Notes under the pieces: generated by a model | Told to the model about the DNA's origin: nothing | Database searches by the model: none | What the model saw: only the letters and a program-made list of their open reading frames with translations | Shown here: positions 34,184-42,304 of the stretch, in pieces | Layout of the letters: each line of letters begins with the position of its first letter | Numbering within the stretch: position 1 is the stretch's first letter | Translations under genes and position numbers: made by a program | NCBI GenBank assembly: GCA_016182295.1 | Contig: JACOXP010000008.1 | Coordinates: forward strand, 1 to 47,663 | Length of the DNA stretch: 47,663 nt | Source of the DNA: Candidatus Harrisonbacteria bacterium | GTDB lineage: Bacteria > Patescibacteriota > Minisyncoccia > UBA6257 > WO2-44-18 | Direction of reading: 5' to 3'

Positions 34184-34218
34184 CTCCCCAACGTGAATAC
34201 GTTGGGGAGTTTAATTTT
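34184..34218 (+). terminator. Rho-independent terminator
   Basis: CTCCCCAACG-TGAATA-CGTTGGGGAG followed by TTTAATTTT. Confidence 0.75.
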
Positions 34219-34264
34219 CCACAACTATTCCTTTTTTCATAAAATTGTTATAATATATCCGCCA

Positions 34265-36409
34265 ATGCTGAAACTCGAAACTGAGTTAGCAAAAATTAAA
34301 GGCATCCCGCCCAGATTTTTGGCCAAGTTGGATAAACTTAAAATCAAAACGGTCAAGGATCTTTTGTGGCACTTTCCGTTTCGTTACGAAGATTTTTCCC
34401 AAGTCGTGAAAATTGCCGATTTGAAAGCAAATCAAACCGCCACCGTCAGGGGAATTATTAAACACGTCGGCATGAGGCGTTCCTGGCGGCGAAAAATGAT
34501 GATTGTTGAAGCGATAATCGCTGATGAAACCGCGGGTATCAAAGCAATCTGGTTCAATCAGCCATATATTGCCAGATCGTTGCAGATCGGCCGTCGAATT
34601 AATTTTGCCGGAAAAGTTATTTTTTCAAACGAGGAACTTTGTTTTCAAAGCCCATCCTATGAAATTACCGGATTAACCGCCGAAACGAAACACACCGGTG
34701 GTTTGATCGCGGTCTATCCGGAAACCCGAGGCCTGACTTCTAAAGGATTGCGGTTTCTCATCGCCGCCATTTTTAAAAATTTACAGCCAATTTCGGATTT
34801 TGTTCCGAAAGAAATTTTAGCCGAAGGAAATTTCCCCAATCTATCCGATTCGCTTCATTTAATCCATTTTCCTAAAAACGCCACTGATACTGAAAAAGCG
34901 AGACAACGATTCGCCTTCGCCGACCTCTTTTTATTGCAATTGGTTAACCAGGTGAACCGCTTACGTCTCGCGCGAGAAAAAGCGCCGCCGTTAAAAGTTG
35001 ATAGACAATTTGTCGAATCGGCTATTGCCACTTTGCCGTTTGAATTGACCGGCGCTCAAAAAAGAAGCATTGATGAAATTCTGGAAGATTTGCAAAAACC
35101 TCAGCCGATGAACCGACTCTTGCAAGGCGATGTCGGATCCGGCAAAACCGCCGTGGCGGCGATTGCGGCGCTGGTGGCTGCCGAGAACGGCAAACAAACC
35201 GCCTTTATGGCGCCAACCGAAGTGCTTGCCAACCAGCATTATAAAACCCTGACTACAATTTTCCGAAGTTCTTCAATCGGCATCGGTATCTTAACCGGCA
35301 GCGAAGCCAAAGCTTTTTACGGCGATGGTCTTGAGGGGAAAGTTGGCCGATTCGAATTATTAGAAGATATCGCTAACGGGAAAATAAAATTAATTTTGGG
35401 AACTCATGCTCTTATTTCTTCCAGCGAATCTAAAAAATCGGTTCAGTTTCATGATTTGGCCCTTGCTATTGTTGATGAACAGCATCGCTTCGGAGTTGAC
35501 CAGCGAGCAGCGTTGGTTAAGCAAGAAATTCATCCCGGCGCTGAAACCACCGTCCATTTTCTTTCTATGAGCGCCACACCAATCCCGCGCACCTTAGCCC
35601 TTTCAATATTTGGCGATCTTGATCTCTCGATAATCGATGAGATGCCTAAAGGTAGAAAAGAAGTTATTACTAAAATCGTTTCTCCATCGAATCGTGTCAA
35701 AGCCCACGCTTTTATCCGCGAAGAAGTTAAAAATGGCAGACAGATTTTTGTTATCTGTCCGAGAATTTCCGCCGCTGAAAATTCCGATGAAAAAATGGAC
35801 GAGCGCAAACGCCTTTGGGCGGAAGTTAAAAATGTTACCGAAGAATACGAGCGGCTTTCCAAGAAGGTTTTTCCCGAGTTGCGAGTGGCAATGCTTCACG
35901 GCCGGATGAAATCATTGGAGAAAAATAAAATTATGTCGGAATTCGCTTTGGGAAATTACGACATAATGGTTTCCACTTCCGTTATCGAAGTCGGCGTTGA
36001 TGTGCCTAACGCCACTATTATGGTAATTGAGGGAGCCGACCGATTTGGGCTAGCCCAGCTTTATCAATTCCGGGGACGCGTTGGCCGCGGCGAGCACCAA
36101 TCTTACTGTCTGCTTTTTACTGATTCTTCCTCCTCGACTACCTTGAACCGCCTAGACGCTCTTTTGAAAGCGAAAAACGGATTCGAGCTCGCCGAAAAAG
36201 ATTTGGCGATTCGCGGACCGGGAGAATTCATTGGCGATAAACAAACTGGAATGCCCGATTTGGCGATGAAGGCGCTCAATAATATTCAATTGGTAAAAAC
36301 CGCCCGAACCGCTGCTGTCAAAGTGCTCAAAACCGACGCTTCTTTAACCAAGTACCCCCAACTAAAAAACCAATTGATAGCCTTCCGAAACCAGATCCAT
36401 TTTGAATAA
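34265..36409 (+). CDS. recG: ATP-dependent DNA helicase RecG
   Basis: 714 aa from ATG 34265; the track ORF extends through the terminator. Wedge domain, GDVGSGKTAVA, DEQHRFG, TATPIPRTL, QLYQFRGRVGRG. Confidence 0.9.
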   Translation: MLKLETELAKIKGIPPRFLAKLDKLKIKTVKDLLWHFPFRYEDFSQVVKIADLKANQTATVRGIIKHVGMRRSWRRKMMIVEAIIADETAGIKAIWFNQPYIARSLQIGRRINFAGKVIFSNEELCFQSPSYEITGLTAETKHTGGLIAVYPETRGLTSKGLRFLIAAIFKNLQPISDFVPKEILAEGNFPNLSDSLHLIHFPKNATDTEKARQRFAFADLFLLQLVNQVNRLRLAREKAPPLKVDRQFVESAIATLPFELTGAQKRSIDEILEDLQKPQPMNRLLQGDVGSGKTAVAAIAALVAAENGKQTAFMAPTEVLANQHYKTLTTIFRSSSIGIGILTGSEAKAFYGDGLEGKVGRFELLEDIANGKIKLILGTHALISSSESKKSVQFHDLALAIVDEQHRFGVDQRAALVKQEIHPGAETTVHFLSMSATPIPRTLALSIFGDLDLSIIDEMPKGRKEVITKIVSPSNRVKAHAFIREEVKNGRQIFVICPRISAAENSDEKMDERKRLWAEVKNVTEEYERLSKKVFPELRVAMLHGRMKSLEKNKIMSEFALGNYDIMVSTSVIEVGVDVPNATIMVIEGADRFGLAQLYQFRGRVGRGEHQSYCLLFTDSSSSTTLNRLDALLKAKNGFELAEKDLAIRGPGEFIGDKQTGMPDLAMKALNNIQLVKTARTAAVKVLKTDASLTKYPQLKNQLIAFRNQIHFE

Positions 36410-36411
36410 TT

Positions 36412-37875
36412 CTAAGTTCTGGACTTTGGAGTTACCCAGAAACCGAGTTTGAATTTACCGCCCAGCATTAGGCGGGTGTGGGCTTCCAGCGCCGGAAGAG
36501 AGCCAAGAAGAACCATAACTAAAGGCGTGAGCAGCCACTGCACAAGATACCAAACGTAATGAAACGGCCGGAACCAATCCGGTTTTTTAGGCAAAAGCGC
36601 CAACGCCAAGACGGCCGAAGTGGCAATGCCGATACTTGCCACGGCCATAATCAAACGGGTGACGTTGGGGAGATTGTAAGCTAGGACGGTATAGTTAAAC
36701 GCCTGTCCGCCAAGAAGCAGTGGCAGCCAGCCGAGCGCGAAGATAATAAAAGCGTTGGTAGCCCAGGAGTGCATTCCCTCAATTTGCTGGAAAACCCAGA
36801 AAAATTTTTTTCGAAGAGGTATTAAACGGTTTTTGGAAAATTCGCGCATAATAAACGGAATATTCTCCGCTCCGTAAGCCCAGCGCCGCTGTTGTTTATA
36901 AGTGTTAACCATTGTTTTCCAAAAAGACGGAGCGACATTGGCATCCATGGAGATTGGATACAAAAGCGGGGTTACCCGCCAATCGCCGTTGTAATGCAAG
37001 TAACACTGCCAGAAAATTCTTGAATCTTCCGAAACCACATTTTTTTGCCAAAAACCGATTTCCACCAGCGCTTTAAACGGCATGGAATGGGAGGAAAAAG
37101 TTACCAATCGGTCGGGGCGGGTCTGGACAATCAATTGCCAAAAAGTCGCGGAATAGGCGACTACTCGGGCCGGCGCCGGCGCTTGATAAATATTGTTGGT
37201 AAAAAGCGGAATTGGCTGAAAACTGGAGCGTTGCGGATTTTCGCAATTAAAGAAATTCCAGGCGAGACAGCCGAAATAGTCGGGAAAAACCTGCGTGTCC
37301 ACGTCAAAAACCGAAACCAGAACGTTTTCGTAAGGAATTTTTAATTGATCAACAACCTTTTTAGCTTCATTGCCGGCCCAAGCGCTGTTTGACCCCTTTC
37401 CCGGAATTTCTCCGGTTAATCCGGCGGGATGGTGGGTGGCAAAAATTTTATAAAATTCGTCCTTATATTCCCCCGCGAGCCGATCAGCGATTTCGTTAGA
37501 TGCGGCGCCGGCCTTTTCTTCCGCCGCAATCACGACCAGAAAGCGATCCTTTGGATATTTATTATTTTTTAAACTTTCCAACGTTTCCTTAACCAACGCA
37601 TGTGGCTCCTGATACATCGGAAGGATAATCAGATGATAAATGTCGCGCCAGTTAGTGCCTTCTAATTTTCCAATCCAGTCAGTTTTGAGATTTTGCTTCA
37701 TGCGGCGATAGCCGTCGCGAAGATGAATGATTAAATAAATTGTCCTAAGCAGCCAATAGATGTCGAAAAGAATTATAAAAACGGCCACTATTGCCGGCAG
37801 TTGCCAAGAGAAAACAATTACTAAGATTAAAGTTAACCAAGCTAACACGCCTGGAATAATTTCCAGCTGCCTCAT
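36412..37875 (-). CDS. Polytopic family-2 glycosyltransferase (processive synthase-like)
   Basis: 487 aa. N- and C-terminal TM helices, ILPMYQEP, FDVDT (DxD) and QQRRWAYG (QxxRW). Confidence 0.7.
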   Translation of the reverse strand: MRQLEIIPGVLAWLTLILVIVFSWQLPAIVAVFIILFDIYWLLRTIYLIIHLRDGYRRMKQNLKTDWIGKLEGTNWRDIYHLIILPMYQEPHALVKETLESLKNNKYPKDRFLVVIAAEEKAGAASNEIADRLAGEYKDEFYKIFATHHPAGLTGEIPGKGSNSAWAGNEAKKVVDQLKIPYENVLVSVFDVDTQVFPDYFGCLAWNFFNCENPQRSSFQPIPLFTNNIYQAPAPARVVAYSATFWQLIVQTRPDRLVTFSSHSMPFKALVEIGFWQKNVVSEDSRIFWQCYLHYNGDWRVTPLLYPISMDANVAPSFWKTMVNTYKQQRRWAYGAENIPFIMREFSKNRLIPLRKKFFWVFQQIEGMHSWATNAFIIFALGWLPLLLGGQAFNYTVLAYNLPNVTRLIMAVASIGIATSAVLALALLPKKPDWFRPFHYVWYLVQWLLTPLVMVLLGSLPALEAHTRLMLGGKFKLGFWVTPKSRT

Positions 37876-37906
37876 AAGTCAGCTTATTGAAACACAGTTT
37901 TGGATT

Positions 37907-38296
37907 TTAGAAAAGATTCAGAGAATAAGCACCGCCGCCGAGAGTCGCCAAAACTAAACCAGCCGAAAGAAGCAATAAGTCGAGCTCAAAACCGCCAACC
38001 AATTTTTGACCGCGCGTTATTTTCCAGATAGTTGCCACGAGCATATTGAAAGCAAGCAAGATGCCGGCTAATTGAACGGCAATTCCCAAAATAATAGCCA
38101 CGCCGCCGAGCGTCTCAACTAATGCGACTATGGTGCCCCAAAAAGCGCCGGGTTTAAAACCCATCATTGTGAAATTTTCCGAATTGGCTTTAAGATTTTT
38201 TAATTTCGGCCAGCCGTGAGCGAGAAAAATCGCTCCAAAAACAAAACGAAGCACTAAAAGCGCCCATTCGCTGAAGATAGCAAGTATTGTAAGCAT
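37907..38296 (-). CDS. DoxX-family membrane protein
   Basis: 129 aa with four TM segments. LLVLRFVFGAIFLAHGWPKL is typical of DoxX. Confidence 0.75.
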   Translation of the reverse strand: MLTILAIFSEWALLVLRFVFGAIFLAHGWPKLKNLKANSENFTMMGFKPGAFWGTIVALVETLGGVAIILGIAVQLAGILLAFNMLVATIWKITRGQKLVGGFELDLLLLSAGLVLATLGGGAYSLNLF

Positions 38297-38324
38297 ATTT
38301 TTTTAAATCACCCGACCTTTCGGT

Positions 38325-38798
38325 CTATTTATAGTTTAACATACCGCGATTTTTTTGAACGAATCTTTTCACGGCCGCGATCTGCTTATTGTTGGGGTGG
38401 GCCCTGGATCTTTTAATTTTAATCAATTCAACAGCTTTTTCAGCAGAAAGCTTGTTGTTAAGGGCGAGGTAGGCGGCAACCAGGGTAGGGGCCCGGCCAT
38501 GACCATGCTCGCAATGAACATAAATTTTTTCTCCAGATTTCAGGACGTGGTGAATAAAAGCCACGCCTATGGAAAATTGTTTTGGAGTGGGGGGCAGGTG
38601 ATTTTTGACTGGTATCCAAAGGTAAAATTCTGCCCCAAAGGGCGCGTCAATTTTCTTTTCTTCCAAAGAAAGATCGGCATGAATGCCTTTTTTCAGCAGT
38701 GCTTTGTTAAAATGAGTGGTGCAGCAAAGATTAGTGCCGATATATATTTGGGGAGCGATCTTGGAGTATTCAAAAGAAAGTTTATCGTGTTTTTTCAT
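38325..38798 (-). CDS. Dual-specificity / Cys-based protein phosphatase
   Basis: 157 aa. VHCEHGHGRAPT matches the HCxxGxxR(S/T) P-loop. Confidence 0.75.
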   Translation of the reverse strand: MKKHDKLSFEYSKIAPQIYIGTNLCCTTHFNKALLKKGIHADLSLEEKKIDAPFGAEFYLWIPVKNHLPPTPKQFSIGVAFIHHVLKSGEKIYVHCEHGHGRAPTLVAAYLALNNKLSAEKAVELIKIKRSRAHPNNKQIAAVKRFVQKNRGMLNYK

Positions 38799-38815
38799 GA
38801 TACAATAATTATATA

Positions 38816-40255
38816 ATGCTTAAGTTCTTAATCCCAATCGTTATCGGCGCGGTTGTTCTGGTAGGTGGATATTTTCTAATAAATCAGCTTAGACAATACC
38901 AACTTCCGAAAGGGGATACCAAGCGATTGGCCCCTGATTTTACTTTGCGGGATTTCGACGGCAAAGACGTTTCATTAGCCGATTTTCGCGGGCGGCCAAT
39001 AATGATCGATTTTTGGGCGGCTTGGTGCGTTTTTTGCGAAACTGAATTTCCGGAAATTCAAAAAGCTTACGAAAGTTATAAAGACCGCGGTTTAATAGTA
39101 ATCGGTATTCATAGAACAGAAACCGAAAATCCGGATATAGGCTTGCGGTTTGCCGAAAGATTAGGTATTAAATTCGTTTTATTGAAAGACGAAACCGGCG
39201 AAATTTATCAAAAATATGGGCAAGGCGTGCAAGCTATGCCAATGTCCTTTTTTGTCGATAAAGACAACATAATTCAAGAAACTATTTTCGGCCCGAAGGA
39301 TCGCGAAAAGATCATCGCCGGTCTTAAAAAAATTATTGTTGACTATCCCGTCACAACAGGAGAGGGGGATGAGGAACCGGTAATAAGTGAAAGAGAAATT
39401 TTTGTTACGGATGGGTCCAAGCACTCCATACCGCTTGAAGAAATTCTTTCCGGCGGTCCACCAAAAGACGGCATTCCCTCTATTGATAAGCCCAAATTCG
39501 TTTCCGTAAAAGAAGCGAGTGATTTTTTGAAAGAGGATCGTCTGGGCCTGGCCGTCAATTACAAAGGAATTAATAGGTTTTACCCTTATCAAATTTTGGT
39601 TTGGCACGAAATTGTAAATGATATTATTGCCGGTGATCCAATTTTAGCAACCTATTGCCCGCTTTGCGGCACGGGTATTGTTTTTTCTAGAGAAATTAAC
39701 GGTGAGGCGGTGGAATTCGGAGTTTCCGGTCTTTTGCACAATAACAATCTTTTGATGTATGACCGGAAAACGGATAGCTTATGGAGCCAAGTTTTAGGGG
39801 AGGCGGTCGTTGGAGAATTAACCGGTCGCAAACTTCAGATTATTCCAAGCGCCAATGTTTTATGGAGCGATTGGAAGAAACAAAATCCTGGCGGAGAAGT
39901 TTTGTCGCGGGATACTGGATTTATTCGTGATTATGATTACGATCCTTACGGCGGTTATTATTCTGACAGAAGCATTTATTTCCCGGTTGATGTCGAAGAC
40001 GACCGACTCCATCCAAAGACTATAGTGATAGGAATTATAGTAAACAAAATAGCCAAAGCTTATCCAAGCAAAGAAGTAATTAATGAAAAAGTTGTGAACG
40101 ATAAAATTGGCGGGATTGATATAAAAATCGAATTTAACGAAACAACAAAAGAAATTTTAGTAAAAGATATTAATGGAAGGTCGATAGATAAAATCGAGGC
40201 CTTTTGGTTTTCTTGGGTGAACGCTTACCCCGATACGCTTTTATGGAAACCTTAA
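38816..40255 (+). CDS. Membrane-anchored TlpA/ResA-like thioredoxin fused to a DUF3179 domain
   Basis: 479 aa. TM helix, then DFWAAWCVFCETEFPE (CxxC), then DGIPSIDKPKF...YPYQILVWHEIVND...ATYCPLCGTG...SLWSQVLGEAV, as I remember the DUF3179 signature. Confidence 0.7.
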   Translation: MLKFLIPIVIGAVVLVGGYFLINQLRQYQLPKGDTKRLAPDFTLRDFDGKDVSLADFRGRPIMIDFWAAWCVFCETEFPEIQKAYESYKDRGLIVIGIHRTETENPDIGLRFAERLGIKFVLLKDETGEIYQKYGQGVQAMPMSFFVDKDNIIQETIFGPKDREKIIAGLKKIIVDYPVTTGEGDEEPVISEREIFVTDGSKHSIPLEEILSGGPPKDGIPSIDKPKFVSVKEASDFLKEDRLGLAVNYKGINRFYPYQILVWHEIVNDIIAGDPILATYCPLCGTGIVFSREINGEAVEFGVSGLLHNNNLLMYDRKTDSLWSQVLGEAVVGELTGRKLQIIPSANVLWSDWKKQNPGGEVLSRDTGFIRDYDYDPYGGYYSDRSIYFPVDVEDDRLHPKTIVIGIIVNKIAKAYPSKEVINEKVVNDKIGGIDIKIEFNETTKEILVKDINGRSIDKIEAFWFSWVNAYPDTLLWKP

Positions 40256-41004
40256 CTATTGAAACTTTAAGTTTGGTGCCAGCAGCTTTTTTGGCGGGGC
40301 TGCTAACTTTTCTTGCTCCTTGTACCTTGCCGCTGGTGCCGGCCTATCTCGGATTTATCAGCGGTGTTTCGTTGTCGCAGTCAGGAGAGGCCCCGGCCAA
40401 AAGAAAAATTTTAATCAACGCCCTTCTGTACATTCTGGGATTCAGCTTGGTTTTTATTATTTTTGGAGCGTTAGCCGGTTTTGTGGGAGCGGCGCTCGTG
40501 CCTTTCAGAATTTGGCTTACTAGAATCGGAGGCGTTTTAATTATTTTATTCGGCCTTTATCTAATGGGAATCTTGAAAATTCCGCTCTTTCCAGTTAAGC
40601 TTTCGGCCAAACTTTCTTCTCGCGTTAAGAACAAAGGTCCGTTAGCTTCTTTTATTTTTGGTTCGGTTTTTGCAGCCGGTTGGACGCCTTGCGTTGGGCC
40701 GATTGTCGGATCAATTCTACTCCTTGCTTCGACAAGCGCCACTGTTGTAAGTGGTACCTTTCTTTTGGGGATATTTTCTTTGGGTCTCGCCATCCCGTTT
40801 TTCTTAAGCGCCGTGTTCATTTCCCAGATTTCTCGCCTGATGGGTAAAATATCAAAATATTTGCGGTGGATTGAATTTCCTGCTGGCTTGCTTCTGATTA
40901 TTCTTGGCTACCTACTTTTATCGAATAACCTTTACATTCTAATACCGCTGGGGTATAAATTGTTTGAGTTCATTGATTATCAGCGAATTCTTGAATTTCT
41001 ATAA
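40243..41004 (+). CDS. ccdA: Cytochrome c biogenesis / thiol-disulfide transporter CcdA (DsbD-core family)
   Basis: 253 aa from ATG 40243, overlapping the upstream stop. LAGLLTFLAPCTLPLVPAY and AAGWTPCVGP are the two conserved Cys motifs. Six TM helices. Confidence 0.8.
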   Translation: METLTIETLSLVPAAFLAGLLTFLAPCTLPLVPAYLGFISGVSLSQSGEAPAKRKILINALLYILGFSLVFIIFGALAGFVGAALVPFRIWLTRIGGVLIILFGLYLMGILKIPLFPVKLSAKLSSRVKNKGPLASFIFGSVFAAGWTPCVGPIVGSILLLASTSATVVSGTFLLGIFSLGLAIPFFLSAVFISQISRLMGKISKYLRWIEFPAGLLLIILGYLLLSNNLYILIPLGYKLFEFIDYQRILEFL

Positions 41005-41006
41005 TT

Positions 41007-41081
41007 GGTCCTATCGTCTAGCCTGGTCTAGGACGCCTCCCTTTCACGGAGGAAACACGGGTTCGAATCCCGTTGGGACTA
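41007..41081 (+). tRNA. tRNA-Glu (anticodon UUC)
   Basis: GGTCCTA TC GTCTAGCCTGGTCTAGGAC G CCTCC-CTTTCAC-GGAGG AAAC ACGGG-TTCGAAT-CCCGT TGGGACT A. It starts 2 nt after the ccdA stop and ends 3 nt before the tsaD ATG. Confidence 0.85.
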
Positions 41082-41084
41082 CAA

Positions 41085-42092
41085 ATGCGTATTTTAGCCA
41101 TTGAGACAAGTTGTGACGAAACCTCCGTCGCTTTAGTCGATTGTAAGGGAACTTTAAAGAACCCCAAGTTTAAGGTTTTAAAAAACCTTGTTTCTTCGCA
41201 AATTAAGGTTCACCGGCCTTTTGGAGGGGTGGTGCCAACTTTGGCAAAAAGAGAACACCAGAAAAATCTACCTAAAATTATCGGGAAAATTGTAAATCGT
41301 AAATTGAAAATAGACGTGATTGCGATTACTGTCGGTCCGGGTCTCGAGCCGGCGCTTTGGGCGGGAATCGAATTCGCCAAAGATCTGGCAAAAAAATTAA
41401 AAAAACCGCTTATCGGCGCCAACCACATGGAGGGACACCTTTATTCAAACTGGTTGGAAAATCCATCCGTGAAATTCCCAGCCGTCGCGCTTGTGGTCAG
41501 CGGGGGCCACACGATTCTCCTCAAGATGGATTCACTGACCAAATGGAAAAAACTTGGAGAGACGCGCGATGACGCGGCCGGCGAAGCGTTTGATAAGGTG
41601 GCGCGGCTTTTGGGTTTGCCATATCCGGGGGGACCGGAAATACAAAAACTCGCTTCCAAAGGAAATCCGGCGGCGGTCAAATTTCCGCGCCCGATGCTCA
41701 CCGACAAAAATTTTGACTTTAGTTTCTCCGGTCTTAAAACTTCAGTTCTTTATTACTTGCGCGCTAACCCATTAGTGGCCAGCAATCATACTCAAGCGGC
41801 TGATATAGCTGCCAGTTTCCAGCAGGCGATTGTGGATGTTTTAGCTGGTAAAACGGTTCGCGCCGCCAGGCGATCCGGCGCCAAATCCGTTCTTTTATGC
41901 GGAGGAGTTTCGGCCAACAAACCTCTGCGCGAGGGTTTGGGATCTCACATTCGGAATTTAGGAATGAAATTTTTTGTGCCTGATTTTGAATACAACACCG
42001 ACAACGCGGCGATGATTGCCGCCGCCGCGTATATTCAAAAACTTCGCGGGAAGAAACTAAAAATCACCGCCCAATCCAACCTTAATTTGTAG
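41085..42092 (+). CDS. tsaD: tRNA N6-adenosine threonylcarbamoyltransferase TsaD (Kae1/Gcp)
   Basis: 335 aa from ATG 41085; the track ORF starts inside the tRNA. ILAIETSCDETS, GANHMEGH, VVSGGHT, GEAFDKVARLLGLPYPGGP, GGVSAN. Confidence 0.9.
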   Translation: MRILAIETSCDETSVALVDCKGTLKNPKFKVLKNLVSSQIKVHRPFGGVVPTLAKREHQKNLPKIIGKIVNRKLKIDVIAITVGPGLEPALWAGIEFAKDLAKKLKKPLIGANHMEGHLYSNWLENPSVKFPAVALVVSGGHTILLKMDSLTKWKKLGETRDDAAGEAFDKVARLLGLPYPGGPEIQKLASKGNPAAVKFPRPMLTDKNFDFSFSGLKTSVLYYLRANPLVASNHTQAADIAASFQQAIVDVLAGKTVRAARRSGAKSVLLCGGVSANKPLREGLGSHIRNLGMKFFVPDFEYNTDNAAMIAAAAYIQKLRGKKLKITAQSNLNL

Positions 42093-42249
42093 GTGTGGAT
42101 AACTTGAGTTGCGCGACGGCGTTACCGTGTTATCATCACTATTAGTAAATTCAAAACTAAATATCGAGTTCTCGCATATCGCGAGAAAATAATGCGGACG
42201 AAATGTTCGCAAATGTAAGTCTGTTCCAGTTCTTTCCTTCAACATTTAA

Positions 42250-42279
42250 GGGCGACCCCAGGTCGCCCTTTTTCTTTTG
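42250..42279 (+). terminator. Rho-independent terminator 26 nt upstream of valS
   Basis: GGGCGACC-CCA-GGTCGCCC followed by TTTTTCTTTTG. Confidence 0.75.
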
Positions 42280-42304
42280 TCTAAAAATTTATAGAATAAG
42301 TGAG

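Noticed and set aside
42203-42304. N-terminal extensions of track ORFs: valS 42203; also hppA 13820, thrA 23288, tmk 28391, recG 34193, ccdA 40204, tsaD 41073, prsW 44389, rmuC 10089
   Set aside because: The extensions cross intrinsic terminators, a tRNA or the preceding gene, and they precede the point where homology-style motifs begin. Internal ATGs with better context were chosen.
42093-42304. T-box or other riboswitch leader upstream of valS (and upstream of tyrS at 21385-21414)
   Set aside because: There are hairpins (42166-42186, 42192-42208) and a terminator just before valS. However, I could not find the conserved T-box sequence (..GGGTGGNACCGCG..), an AGAGA/GNUGGNA-type Stem I motif, or an antiterminator that overlaps the terminator. 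The terminator is more simply that of tsaD.
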